From IMG/VR virus record IMGVR_UViG_3300045988_115146: a stretch of DNA of 64,000 nt; one strand, given 5' to 3'. The translations under genes were made by a program, and so were the position numbers. Positions 9,698 to 19,887 of the stretch are shown one piece after another. The DNA is from a virus. Each line of letters begins with the position of its first letter. Position 1 is the first letter of the stretch. The notes below the pieces were generated by a model. It was not told where the DNA came from. It was given only the letters and a program-made list of their open reading frames with translations, and searched no databases.

Positions 9698-9843
9698 AAG
9701 ATGTATATTTATATATTGTTAGAGCAAAGATTAGTATTGACTTTAACACTCTAGCAAAGCTCCCATGGCGGCGTAGGAAGAAATTTATAGAAGCTGCCGA
9801 AGCATATTACGAACAACTAAAAAAGGAGATGACCCATACATAG
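8909..9843 (+). CDS. tail assembly chaperone, predicted -1 frameshift product (gpGT / P2 E+E' analogue)
   Basis: T_TTT_TTC at 9673-9679 is in the X_XXY_YYZ register. The -1 frame is open for 54 more codons (LPTGELEDVYLYIVRAKISIDFNTLAKLPWRRRKKFIEAAEAYYEQLKKEMTHT) to TAG at 9841-9843. Confidence 0.45.
9673..9679 (+). promoter_or_regulatory. -1 programmed ribosomal frameshift slippery heptamer T_TTT_TTC
   Basis: Zero-frame codons are aat|ttt|ttc, verified by position arithmetic from the ATG at 8909. Confidence 0.5.
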
Positions 9844-9858
9844 GGTCATCTCTCTTTT
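9826..9858 (+). terminator. 10-bp perfect hairpin plus T-rich tail, upstream of the tape measure gene
   Basis: gagatgaccc (9826-9835) pairs with gggtcatctc (9843-9852) around a 7-nt loop, followed by tcttttgt. Confidence 0.5.
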
Positions 9859-9879
9859 GTTCTATAAATCTGAAACTAT

Positions 9880-11976
9880 ATGGCTTTTACAAGTGGTAGT
9901 CCTTCTGCAGGACAACTAGAGATAGGTATAGCTCTTGTCTTACAAGATAGGTTTTCTAACCAAGCAAGAGAAGCCAGCTCTGTTATAAGAGGTTTACATC
10001 GGGATGCTAAGAATGCTGTACAGGCTAACTTAACCGCTGTTCAGGCATATACAAATATGTTTGGTGGTATAGCCAGTAATATAGTGTCTTCCTTAGCTAC
10101 TACAATTACAACTGGAGCTGACTTCATCGATATGATGACTTCAGTGGGAGCTATCTCTGGAGCTACCAATGAACAGATGTCTGGATTATCAGAAACTGCC
10201 CAGACATTAGGTTTGAGGACCATGTTCATGTCAAGAGATATAGCTTCAGGTATGAAATACTTAGCAATGGCTGGTAATGATGCAAATCAGATACAGGAAA
10301 TGATATCTGGTGCTGCAATGATGGCCAATGCTACAGGAATGGAATTGGGAGGTAAAGGAGGTACTGCAGACTTACTGACCAATATAATGAGAACCTTCGG
10401 ATTGGAAGGTGAAAGAGCTGCTACATTAGTTGGTGACCAGCTTACTAAAGCTGCTATGGCATCTAATATGTCCATGACGGATTTGGCAGAATCTATCAAA
10501 TATTCCGCAGCATCCATGGTAACTCTGAGACAACAGTTACCTCAAGTAGCTGCTATGATAGGTACCTTGGGTAATGCAGGTATACAAGGTTCTATGGCAG
10601 GTACTTCTATCAGAAATATGGCAGACTACTTAACTCAGTCCATAACCAATCCAAATTTCAAGGGAGCTAAAGCTTTAGCTAGACTGGGATTGAGTAAAAA
10701 AGATTTTGTTGATGCTACCGGAGATCTTCAAGATTTTGGTGTAATTCTTGGTAAAATAAATGAAGCTACTAAGAACTTATCAACTGTAGATCAGAATGCA
10801 GTATTAAAGAGTATCTTTGGTGTACGTGGTATGCGTGCTGCAGTTGCCATAATGAGAGATACTGAAGGATACTTTGATCTCCTTGATAAGATACAAAATC
10901 AATCTGCTGGATTTGCCGAAGGAGTAGTAGCAAAACGTATGGAAACTCTTGCAGGTAAGATTGATATAATTCAATCAGCTGCAGAGAACCTTATGACTAC
11001 TTTTGCTGAAGCTATACAAAATAATCCTATCATTATGGGGTTCCTTGATATGGTAGGTTGGGCAATATCCCAAGTACGTGACTTAGTGGCAACTCCATTT
11101 GGACCTTGGATAGCTGGGTTAGCAAGTATAGGTGCTGGTGTATTATGGATTACCAATAAGATAGCTAACTGGAGAGCTAGATGGTTAATATTAAATGGTG
11201 ATACTCAAGTGACCTTCAGATCAATGGTTAGATTATTGATTGGAGGTTGGTCACAAGCTACTATATCTGCCCAAGCTTACCTCAATATGGAGAGAGCCAT
11301 CATTGCTCAACGTAAAGCTGGTATAGGAGCAAGTGCTACTATGGTTGCTGCAGAAGCTGGTTTACCAAGATATTACTATAATGGTAATATTCCAGCAAAA
11401 ATGGGAGCCAATGGTAGGTATTATGCTAATACTGGTAGAGGAGCTTCTGGATGGACTCCAGTACCAGCAGCTATGGTAACTACAACTAATGCTGGTAGGA
11501 TGACCAGAACTATAATGGGTACTGGTGCAGGAGCTGCAGCTGCTAATGCTGCTTCTCGGGGTGCATTGGTTTCTGTTGGTAGAGGACTGCTTGGATTCGG
11601 ATCTAGATTAGTTGGATTATTTGGAGGCCCAATTGGATTAGCCATAACCGGTATATCTATAGTTGGTCCAATGATATACAGTGCTATCAAAAGTAATCAG
11701 GCTTCTAATGAAGAGAATACCCGAGCAACTAATGATCTTGCATCTGCCGTTAGGGCTAGCAAAGAGGGATATAATTTAAAAAAGGATAATCTACAAGAGT
11801 TAACCGTTCAAGAGATGAGGTGGTTAGTACAGACTCTAGGATTATATACTGAAAAGCTTAATCAAAGAGAGAATAAGGGCAATACCACTATCATTAACAT
11901 AGACGGTAAAAAGGTATTCGAAGAATATCTCAACGAGAGAGATTCAGAAATAAATGTAGCTGCTGGAGTAAACTAA
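9880..11976 (+). CDS. tail tape measure protein
   Basis: 698 aa, A/G/M-rich. MIGTLGNAGIQGSMAGTSIRNM is the TP901-type tape measure core motif. Hydrophobic G/A-rich segments occur near the C-terminus, and the gene sits after the chaperone. Confidence 0.85.
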   Translation: MAFTSGSPSAGQLEIGIALVLQDRFSNQAREASSVIRGLHRDAKNAVQANLTAVQAYTNMFGGIASNIVSSLATTITTGADFIDMMTSVGAISGATNEQMSGLSETAQTLGLRTMFMSRDIASGMKYLAMAGNDANQIQEMISGAAMMANATGMELGGKGGTADLLTNIMRTFGLEGERAATLVGDQLTKAAMASNMSMTDLAESIKYSAASMVTLRQQLPQVAAMIGTLGNAGIQGSMAGTSIRNMADYLTQSITNPNFKGAKALARLGLSKKDFVDATGDLQDFGVILGKINEATKNLSTVDQNAVLKSIFGVRGMRAAVAIMRDTEGYFDLLDKIQNQSAGFAEGVVAKRMETLAGKIDIIQSAAENLMTTFAEAIQNNPIIMGFLDMVGWAISQVRDLVATPFGPWIAGLASIGAGVLWITNKIANWRARWLILNGDTQVTFRSMVRLLIGGWSQATISAQAYLNMERAIIAQRKAGIGASATMVAAEAGLPRYYYNGNIPAKMGANGRYYANTGRGASGWTPVPAAMVTTTNAGRMTRTIMGTGAGAAAANAASRGALVSVGRGLLGFGSRLVGLFGGPIGLAITGISIVGPMIYSAIKSNQASNEENTRATNDLASAVRASKEGYNLKKDNLQELTVQEMRWLVQTLGLYTEKLNQRENKGNTTIINIDGKKVFEEYLNERDSEINVAAGVN

Positions 11977-11982
11977 ACAATT

Positions 11983-12972
11983 ATGGCATCACTGATAGGA
12001 AAACCAGTTGGAAAAGTAGCTCAAGAAGTAGCTGATCTTGAGCAGGGGAGAATATTTCAATCTCCAATAAATAAGGTATGGAGATCTCTTATATTAATTA
12101 ATAGGAAGACTTCTCCTATGGCTAAAGCTGAGCCAGATGAAAAAAATAAAGAGTCTGATGCCATTAATGCTCATATAGCTAGGAATGGTTCATATTCTAC
12201 AGCTCAATCTAAAAATCCTTGGTATAAAAATATCATAGAAGCTAAGAAATCAGGTGTAGACCCAGATAAAATATTAAAAGCTAAATCTATTGATTATACC
12301 TTAGCTAATAAGTTAACATCAGAACTTATAAAGAACGATATAGTAATAGCTAACTTAAATGTATCACCCGCAATTAGCTTAGTAATACAGAATCGTCCAG
12401 ATAGGTTAAGGGTTGAACCCGCTGCTACTTGGGCAGCTGTTAAATCCATGGGTCGTAACAATCCATTCTATTTCTATACAGGTGGAGAAGATACCATAAC
12501 CTTCGATATATCATGGTATTCAATAGATGCAGATCACAGGGATGATGTAGTCAATAAATGCAGGCTATTGGAATCATGGGCAAGAGCTGATGGGTATATA
12601 TCTTCTCCCCCTACCTTAAGAATACAGTGGGGAAATTCTGGATTATTTGAAGATGACCTTTTCATATTGGCTTCAGCTCCATACGAGTTAACTAACTTTC
12701 AGAATGCTTCTCGTATGATGAGAAGATATGATAATGATCCAGATACTGGTCAGAGGATAACTAATACTGTTAGCCAACCATACGACCTTAAATTATTACC
12801 CAACTGTGCTACTCAAACTCTCACTTTCAAAAGGGTAACTAAAAACAATAGAACCTGGGAAGAAATAATTCCATCTAGTAAATTGCAATATACGCCTGGA
12901 GTAATTCTTGATGGTGGGGAAGTAGATTCTCTAGAAAATACTGATACAGAGAGAATAGGCACACAAAACTAA
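11983..12972 (+). CDS. tail/baseplate protein (positional analogue of Mu gp43 / P2 gpU)
   Basis: 329-aa ORF between the tape measure and the LysM tail protein. The call is positional only. Confidence 0.35.
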   Translation: MASLIGKPVGKVAQEVADLEQGRIFQSPINKVWRSLILINRKTSPMAKAEPDEKNKESDAINAHIARNGSYSTAQSKNPWYKNIIEAKKSGVDPDKILKAKSIDYTLANKLTSELIKNDIVIANLNVSPAISLVIQNRPDRLRVEPAATWAAVKSMGRNNPFYFYTGGEDTITFDISWYSIDADHRDDVVNKCRLLESWARADGYISSPPTLRIQWGNSGLFEDDLFILASAPYELTNFQNASRMMRRYDNDPDTGQRITNTVSQPYDLKLLPNCATQTLTFKRVTKNNRTWEEIIPSSKLQYTPGVILDGGEVDSLENTDTERIGTQN

Positions 12973-12978
12973 ATAATT

Positions 12979-13251
12979 ATGGTAACTATTCCTGGAACAA
13001 GTCCCTATGATGATAGTTATGTAATAAAGTTCCCAGATGGAGATATCTCATTGGAAAGAAATATATCATCTATATCTACCGATTATCTAATACACACCGT
13101 ACTTGAAGGAGAAACCATACAGAACATTGCCTTCAAGTACTATGGTGATTCTGGATTTTGGGGGGTGATTGCTGATGCCAATGATATACTCAATCCATTT
13201 GAGGACCTTCATGCAGATATGGAGTTAATCATACCAAACCATGGAGGATAG
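12979..13251 (+). CDS. LysM-domain tail protein (P2 gpX-like)
   Basis: HTVLEGETIQNIAFKYYGDSGFWGVIADANDILNPFEDLHADMELIIP is a LysM motif. 90 aa, upstream of the gpD-like hub. Confidence 0.7.
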   Translation: MVTIPGTSPYDDSYVIKFPDGDISLERNISSISTDYLIHTVLEGETIQNIAFKYYGDSGFWGVIADANDILNPFEDLHADMELIIPNHGG

Positions 13252-13795
13252 CAAACCGGTTCTCTTAAATGGTAATGGTACACCATATCTTGCAATATTC
13301 GATGGTGCAGGATCTCCAATAATGGATATCTTCAATGACCTGCCAATCGGTATGGAGGTAGAGAACTTTAATTACAAGTATACTGAAGGTAAAGGAGACA
13401 AAGGTAAGTTTACTATAGTAACTGACTTTGTGGATATAGTAGATCATCCATCTCTGCAATTCAAAATGCCCTTGAAAATACAGTGGGGGTGGATATTTAG
13501 TGATAGCTCTTTTAAGTCTAGTCCTGTAAGGCTAGTGAATATAAAAAGTCATCAGATAGAATTTACTCCAGATGGTGTAAGGTTTACCATAGAATTTGCT
13601 GATGCAAAGATGTTCTTGGAAGCAGAGCCATCAAAATTTGTGGGAGATAAGACCGATTATCTGGAAGTATTCAATGAATTAGCCATGGGTAATATGCCAA
13701 TGACAGTAATTGATTATTCTGAGAAAGCTGGTGTACATTTGGAAATAAGAGATAATAATCCATGTGATGGCAAAACAGAGCAACGAGAAAAGTAA
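13241..13795 (+). CDS. baseplate hub / late control D-like protein, N-terminal part
   Basis: 184 aa. KMPLKIQWGWIFSDSS...VRLVNIKSHQIEFTPDGVRFTIEFAD resembles the gpD/Mu gp44 N-terminus. It overlaps the next ORF by about 30 nt in another frame. Confidence 0.45.
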   Translation: MEDSKPVLLNGNGTPYLAIFDGAGSPIMDIFNDLPIGMEVENFNYKYTEGKGDKGKFTIVTDFVDIVDHPSLQFKMPLKIQWGWIFSDSSFKSSPVRLVNIKSHQIEFTPDGVRFTIEFADAKMFLEAEPSKFVGDKTDYLEVFNELAMGNMPMTVIDYSEKAGVHLEIRDNNPCDGKTEQREK

Positions 13796-15449
13796 GCCTT
13801 GCTTACCTTGTTATACAAAGATACAAAATAATGAGGAAGTAGATGATGGATTGGTGGGTGTAAAAATACTAGACCTTAGTCCAAGTAATTTAGCCAAACC
13901 ATATCAGGATCCAGAGAGATATAAATTAAGACCAGTACCAGCAACTTATGCGGAAGGAACCGTTATTGTTGGTTCAGCTACATTCCTGAATAAGTATTCT
14001 CAGTTAGTTGGTATTGCTAAGGCTATGGCTGGTGGGCCAAACTTTGTGGATACTCGGGATAATAAGATAGAGATACATAACGGTAAGCAATCTGGTAAAA
14101 CCGTATTTGCTTATACTTATGCTGGTGGTACTGGTGAACTATTGGAATTCAGAGTTCAAACCAAATATGTTCAAAGTATAGAGGCTGGTAAAGCTTCAAG
14201 TGTGGATCCAGATACTAAAACGGTAGAAACTGATTTAGTTCAATGTGTACCTACAAATGATGATCCATGTAAGCCGGATGCTTATGTAAGGTGGAATAAA
14301 GCTACTCCACTATTGATACAGAGAGATGTAACCAGGATGTCTAAAATAAAGGGATCTCTTGAAACATTATCTTCTTCTGTATGTCGTAAATTAAATACGG
14401 TTAAAACTACACGTACTGTATACAACTCAGTAGAGGATGCTAAGCAGCAAATAGCCTCAAATCCCTCACTAACTGAAGAAGAGGTTAAAGCATACAATTC
14501 TCAGATAGAGTCAGAATGGAGAACTTATTTGAGGAAGTTAGATGAATATGAGAAAGCTTTATTAGACTTTAATAATAAGGTAAGACAAGGTATAAAGGTA
14601 GATGAAGAAGATGCTCCTAAATTACCTCTTCCACCCGATGAAGTATCTTATTTTATTATAAAGAGGAAGGTATTGATACAAGTAGATCCATTACAATATG
14701 CTCCTAAGGATAGTAAAGCTTATTGGCAAAATAGATGGAGACAAGGTTATAATGCTCTTAAAAAGAACAAGGAGATAAACTTAGTCATTCAAGGATCTTC
14801 AGATGAAAGACCGTATGGAGATTATCCCTATGATTATCCTGGTTCAGATCGTTCAAAGGTACTTATAGAAATGGAATTAGAAGTACAAGTACCAGGTGTA
14901 CGAGTAGTATCTGATCCATTGTTTGCTACCCTTGGAGAGTTTATGTCTAATGACATAATAGAATCAGTAAATAGCCAGATTAAATCCAAAGCTAAGTTTG
15001 TTGGTAACCCATTAATGGAGTCTTCTCAGATTATTGAGATCAAGAATGTTGGTGAAAAATATTCTGGTGATTGGTATGCTAAAGAAGTTGAACATAGCTT
15101 TGATACTGGGGGATATTTTACTGAGGTGACTTTTGAAAAGAAGTCAAGAAACTCCATAATCAATAAGATATCTACTTCTGTTAATATGCAAGAAGTATTC
15201 CAGAAATCTCATGATATAGCTAAAGAGTCTTATACTACCGATGCTTGGAAGATACCAAGTAAAATTAAGGCAGAAGCTAGGAAGCATAGGGCATCTATAT
15301 GGGAAGAGGAGTATAATAGGACTGGAGATAAACCAAAGATTGGTACACAAATAGTTGTACGTCAAGATACAGATCCTCATAAATGGGAGATATTTGATGC
15401 TAGAACTGATTTTAGAGTAGATAGGGATATAAGCCCAAAAGAGCAATGA
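13767..15449 (+). CDS. baseplate hub / late control D-like protein, C-terminal part with a large coiled-coil insert
   Basis: The C-terminal EIKNVGEKYSGDWYAKEVEHSFDTGGYFTEVTFEKK matches the gpD C-terminal pattern (G.Y.v..v.H.f...GY.T). The ORF track starts at GTG 13764; ATG 13767 is the likelier start. Confidence 0.5.
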   Translation: MAKQSNEKSKPCLPCYTKIQNNEEVDDGLVGVKILDLSPSNLAKPYQDPERYKLRPVPATYAEGTVIVGSATFLNKYSQLVGIAKAMAGGPNFVDTRDNKIEIHNGKQSGKTVFAYTYAGGTGELLEFRVQTKYVQSIEAGKASSVDPDTKTVETDLVQCVPTNDDPCKPDAYVRWNKATPLLIQRDVTRMSKIKGSLETLSSSVCRKLNTVKTTRTVYNSVEDAKQQIASNPSLTEEEVKAYNSQIESEWRTYLRKLDEYEKALLDFNNKVRQGIKVDEEDAPKLPLPPDEVSYFIIKRKVLIQVDPLQYAPKDSKAYWQNRWRQGYNALKKNKEINLVIQGSSDERPYGDYPYDYPGSDRSKVLIEMELEVQVPGVRVVSDPLFATLGEFMSNDIIESVNSQIKSKAKFVGNPLMESSQIIEIKNVGEKYSGDWYAKEVEHSFDTGGYFTEVTFEKKSRNSIINKISTSVNMQEVFQKSHDIAKESYTTDAWKIPSKIKAEARKHRASIWEEEYNRTGDKPKIGTQIVVRQDTDPHKWEIFDARTDFRVDRDISPKEQ

Positions 15450-16141
15450 ATTTATATGAACTAATTCAACAAAGGGGTATAGAGGCAATAGGTAGGTTCT
15501 ATTCTACATATCGAGGAATTGTTATAACTAATTATGATCCAGACTCTCAGAATAAGGTATGTGTATACTTACCAAGTATATTGAGAGGAGTAGAAGTTTG
15601 GGCTTACCCTAAACATCAACAAGGGGGTCCAGGATCTGGATTCAAATGGTTATCACCAAGGGAAGGTTCTATAGTATATGTAGAATTTGAGAACGGAGAT
15701 CCAAGACACCCTCTATGGTCATATCATGGTTGGGCCATAGGTGAGATGCCTCCAGAATTGAATAAGCCCAATGTACTGGGATTTATAACCCCGAAAGGCA
15801 ATAAAATTATACTGGATGAAAGTGATTCTGGAGTATTAACTGCAATAATTCAGCAAGATATAATTATTAAATCTCTAGACGGTAATATAAACGTCGATGC
15901 GAATAGTATTATAATGCAGGGTGGAGAAGTTGGTATTCCAGAATCTACCTCAACAGTAGAGAGACTAAACAAAATAGAGCAGGATATAAATAATCTTAAA
16001 CAAGCTTTCACATCATGGACACCAACTCCTCAGGATGGTGGGGCTGCTCTAAAGACTGTTGTTGCATCTTGGTCTGGTAGTAAATTAACCGAGACTAAGG
16101 TGGAAGATATAGAAAGTGAAACTATTAAACAACCTAACTAA
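15446..16141 (+). CDS. baseplate central spike (gpV / gp5 OB-fold family)
   Basis: YRGIVITNYDPDSQNKVCVYLPS...WAYP...GSGFKWLSPREGSIVYVEFENGDPRHPLW fits the gpV/VgrG-type pattern. Confidence 0.7.
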   Translation: MNLYELIQQRGIEAIGRFYSTYRGIVITNYDPDSQNKVCVYLPSILRGVEVWAYPKHQQGGPGSGFKWLSPREGSIVYVEFENGDPRHPLWSYHGWAIGEMPPELNKPNVLGFITPKGNKIILDESDSGVLTAIIQQDIIIKSLDGNINVDANSIIMQGGEVGIPESTSTVERLNKIEQDINNLKQAFTSWTPTPQDGGAALKTVVASWSGSKLTETKVEDIESETIKQPN

Positions 16142-17247
16142 TGGCAAACTATAATCAACTCAACACAATTGGTAGTGGGCCTTATTTTCCCATAAAGTTA
16201 GAACAATCAATAGGTAGTGATGGTAAACCAGAATATATAGAAACTGTAGTCAGATATAAAGTTACACATGATTTGGATTACTCTACCGATCCGAACATTA
16301 TAGCTAATGGGAATTTTTTAGATGAGGTAGATACTTTAGATCAAGAATTCCTAAAATCTACCTATCCCGATGATGTGGTAATTGGGGATAGAAAATCTCT
16401 TAAAAGTAATTCTATTGGTGGAGCTGCTATAGAGGGTTATTTACCATATTCTAATATTCCAACTTCTTTACAATTACAACTGGGTGGTATCAAGAATGAT
16501 GGTAATAAATGGTGGTATGAATCAATAAAGACATTAAGTGGTTCTAATAACACTGCTTGTTCTTGCTGGACATTCTTTGTAAACAAAGACTGTAAATACA
16601 TTAAAATAGAATTCGAATTAGAACCTCAAACTACATTCACTCATATGTCTATGAGAGTATATAGAATGAGTGAATATACTTATATATGGGATATACCATT
16701 GAATTCTAATAAAGGAGTGATCTGTGTAAAATTAGAGAAAAACCAAACAGTTTTACTATTCTTACCAGAAAATGAGGGTGATGTGCTTACTGGTACTAAG
16801 TCAGTGAATATGATAAGTTGTAAAGTATCATATACTAATGAATCAGTGCCTGGTATGGTATATACAACCGAAGAAACAGAAATAAAAAGAGTGCCTAAAA
16901 TAGGATGGTATGTTCTAAATGGTGATATAGCTTTAATAAAGCAAAACTTAACAGCAATACTTACATATCAAATTGGTCAAAGATTTAGGCAAGAGGACTT
17001 TGGCTCTAGGACTTGGGAATGTTTAGAAGAGCCAAATACAAGTGCACTTAATCTGATGATTAAGAATTTTGTAAAAGATGGTATAGCTGCTTGGGAACCA
17101 AGAATCAAAGCCTTAAAAGTATTTGCTCTTAAACCCACAAAAGAGTCAATACGACTCCTGATATATTTCAAAGTACAGAACTCACAGAAAGTAGAAGAGT
17201 TTAACTTCCAATATAACTTAAACAACTTAACCACAGATGTCTACTAG
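16141..17247 (+). CDS. gp25/gpW-like baseplate wedge protein with about 250 extra N-terminal or inserted residues
   Basis: The C-terminal 100 aa (IKQNLTAILTYQIGQRFRQEDFGSRTWECLEEPN...IAAWEPRIKALKV) is the GPW/gp25 signature. An FP motif (GSGPYFPIKL) sits at the extreme N-terminus. Confidence 0.65.
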   Translation: MANYNQLNTIGSGPYFPIKLEQSIGSDGKPEYIETVVRYKVTHDLDYSTDPNIIANGNFLDEVDTLDQEFLKSTYPDDVVIGDRKSLKSNSIGGAAIEGYLPYSNIPTSLQLQLGGIKNDGNKWWYESIKTLSGSNNTACSCWTFFVNKDCKYIKIEFELEPQTTFTHMSMRVYRMSEYTYIWDIPLNSNKGVICVKLEKNQTVLLFLPENEGDVLTGTKSVNMISCKVSYTNESVPGMVYTTEETEIKRVPKIGWYVLNGDIALIKQNLTAILTYQIGQRFRQEDFGSRTWECLEEPNTSALNLMIKNFVKDGIAAWEPRIKALKVFALKPTKESIRLLIYFKVQNSQKVEEFNFQYNLNNLTTDVY

Positions 17248-19012
17248 CAATCCATGGCTTACCCCTTTTCAAAGGTCATACAATGGCATAAAAGCCAAAT
17301 TAATTCAATCTCTTAATGAAAGGGTTCCAGAGATTACTGATATGAGTGAAGGTAATATATTTATACTCACTTTATCCATATTTGCAGGTATTGCAGAAGT
17401 TATACACTACTATATAGATGGTATGGCAAGAGAAGCTTTCTTACCAACTTGTAGAAGGTATTCATCTCTATATAAACATGCCAAACTAGTGGACTACCAT
17501 ATAAAATCTGCTATACCATCTTCTGTAGACCTTACAGTATACATGCAGGATGGGACCTCATTTCCAGTAGATATCAATGTACCACAGAATACAGTATTTA
17601 ATTCTAAGGATGGTAAACCTTGGATAACTACTAGAAATGTAACCATTGAAAAGGGAACATATACTTATAAAGTTCCTGTTGCACAGAAGGAGGCTGTAGC
17701 TGAGGTAGAATTGGGAACTTATACTTCTCATGATATAATCATAACCTTGGGTGATCTGCCAGCTGATAGGAAGTATGTAGAGGGATCAATGGTACTTACC
17801 ATTGACGGTGAAGCTTGGACCTTGGTGGATACCTTTGCCTATTCTGGTCCTGGTGATAGGGTGTATAAGGTAGAATTGGATAGTACACTCCAACCGTATT
17901 TGGTATTCGGTGATGGTCAATTCGGTAGAAAACCAACCATCGGTTCTCAAATAAAAGGTCAGTACTACCTTACTTATGGTTCAAGTGGTAATATACCATC
18001 TAACCAATTTGATAAGGTACCAGAAGTAATGTCTGATGTAACTTCTGGTTTATCAATTACTAATACCATAGCTGCAACTGGTGGTTCTGACTATGAGGAT
18101 TTTGATACTCTGAAGGAGCATATTCCACTCAGTATAAAGACTCTTGGAGTAGCCATTACAAAAGAGGATTACGAAGCAATAGCTATGCTCATAGACGGTG
18201 TAGATAAAGCCTACTGTAATTATATATGCGGTAAATATGTAGAAGTATATATTACCCCAGATGGTGGTTCAGAAGCTAGTACCGAACTTATCAACAATGT
18301 TAAGCAGAGGATGGAATCCTCAAAAGTACTGACTACTAGAGTAAGTGTATATTCTACACATGCAGCAAAGATATACTTATCTGCAACTATAACCGGTAAG
18401 AAGTCATTTAAGTCAATAGATATAAGCAATCAAGTTAAGAAAGCTTTACTTGATGCTTATAACTACCAGAGTTCTGGTATAAACAAATCGGTAAGGCAAT
18501 CTGATTTATATGCTTTAATGGATAATCAACCAATGGTTGACTTCCTTACCATAACCGAGTTATACTTATTGCCGTACCCAATAGCTATAAATATAAATTC
18601 TCAGAATACCGAAGAGATAGTATCTGTACCAGCATTGAACATAACATATTTCAAAATGATATCGTTCAATACTGCAACTCCAGAGACTGACTATGAGAAT
18701 TGCTATATTCAGACGGTAATAGAAGATGGCAATGCTTTCTATAGAATATTCACCAATAAGAACGTATCTGGTAATGCCTTATATACTGGTCAATATGGTA
18801 AACCAATAAATGTAAGCTTATACAAATCTAAGTTTACTATGACCATCAACTTACCAGTTGAAAATGCAAACTATGAAAATGGTACAGTATATCAGTTAAC
18901 TACCCAACCAATGGGAAGCAATGGCAGACTGGTAGATCTTATACCTCATAACTATAATATACCAGTTATCAGTTCAGATAACATAACCTTAACAATCAAT
19001 GAAGTGGTTTAA
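17237..19012 (+). CDS. baseplate J-like protein (gpJ / gp6 family)
   Basis: 591 aa. ITDMSEGNIFILTLSIFAGIAEVIHYYIDGMAREAFLPTCRRYSSL is typical of the Baseplate_J N-terminus. It follows the gp25-like gene. Confidence 0.75.
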   Translation: MSTSNPWLTPFQRSYNGIKAKLIQSLNERVPEITDMSEGNIFILTLSIFAGIAEVIHYYIDGMAREAFLPTCRRYSSLYKHAKLVDYHIKSAIPSSVDLTVYMQDGTSFPVDINVPQNTVFNSKDGKPWITTRNVTIEKGTYTYKVPVAQKEAVAEVELGTYTSHDIIITLGDLPADRKYVEGSMVLTIDGEAWTLVDTFAYSGPGDRVYKVELDSTLQPYLVFGDGQFGRKPTIGSQIKGQYYLTYGSSGNIPSNQFDKVPEVMSDVTSGLSITNTIAATGGSDYEDFDTLKEHIPLSIKTLGVAITKEDYEAIAMLIDGVDKAYCNYICGKYVEVYITPDGGSEASTELINNVKQRMESSKVLTTRVSVYSTHAAKIYLSATITGKKSFKSIDISNQVKKALLDAYNYQSSGINKSVRQSDLYALMDNQPMVDFLTITELYLLPYPIAININSQNTEEIVSVPALNITYFKMISFNTATPETDYENCYIQTVIEDGNAFYRIFTNKNVSGNALYTGQYGKPINVSLYKSKFTMTINLPVENANYENGTVYQLTTQPMGSNGRLVDLIPHNYNIPVISSDNITLTINEVV

Positions 19013-19886
19013 TCCAGCGAAGACATTCTTCAGGGATTACATCTTCAGTAACCTTTTTGACCATTACTACAAAGCCAATGATACTTATCAAGATTCAGAA
19101 GGCAAGGGTATATTCGAAAGGTTCATAGATGTATGTTCTGGCTATTTCGATACTGAGGTAATGCCCGATATAGATAACTTCATGGAATGTCTGGATGTGG
19201 ATAAAGCCAATCCTATATTCCTGAACTATCTATGGGAATACTTTGGGTTCATCCCTTATGCTTATGGCGTATTAACTAAGGGAGAGCCCTATACAGAGGA
19301 GAATCTAGAGAATTGGGTAAAAGAGGACAGGGGTTTTCCCACTGCTGATTGCCGGTTAGTTCTAAGATACGCCATATCACTGTATAAGATTAGGGGAACT
19401 AAAAAGTTTTACGAAATCTTAGGTAGATTTTATGGTGTAACTTTTAACCTTACAGAAGTAGAAGGCAGTACTAAAGCTGTAACTGGATTTTCTGGTGATG
19501 GGTCAGTAAAGTATGACAATGTTTCTTACTATGATACTCCATCAGCTACTTATGATACAGAGACAGATTGTTGGGAATGTGTTCCTATGATTTTAACTAT
19601 CGGTATACCAAAAGGTCAATGGAATTTTATGACCAAGAAAGATCAAGAGATTCAGGAAAAACTTTTAGAAGAATGGAAGTCTATGAATCCCTATGCTACA
19701 GAAGAAGAGATTCAGCAAGCTAAGGAACAGATATATACTGAGCATCCATCAGATTATAGTGATAAGGTAAAAGAGACTTTGATAAACATAGTTAACAAAT
19801 ATCTGCCAGTAAATGTAAAGTACTTTGAACCAAATGATAGTTCAGTGGTATTTGAACAAACTTCTGCAGTAATTTATATCGTATAA
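18999..19886 (+). CDS. baseplate/tail protein I-like (P2 gpI analogue)
   Basis: LVLRYAISLYKIRGTKKFYEILGRFYGV resembles the gpI motif (hr.kGT..al). It sits after gpJ. Confidence 0.5.
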   Translation: MKWFNPAKTFFRDYIFSNLFDHYYKANDTYQDSEGKGIFERFIDVCSGYFDTEVMPDIDNFMECLDVDKANPIFLNYLWEYFGFIPYAYGVLTKGEPYTEENLENWVKEDRGFPTADCRLVLRYAISLYKIRGTKKFYEILGRFYGVTFNLTEVEGSTKAVTGFSGDGSVKYDNVSYYDTPSATYDTETDCWECVPMILTIGIPKGQWNFMTKKDQEIQEKLLEEWKSMNPYATEEEIQQAKEQIYTEHPSDYSDKVKETLINIVNKYLPVNVKYFEPNDSSVVFEQTSAVIYIV

Positions 19887-19887
19887 C

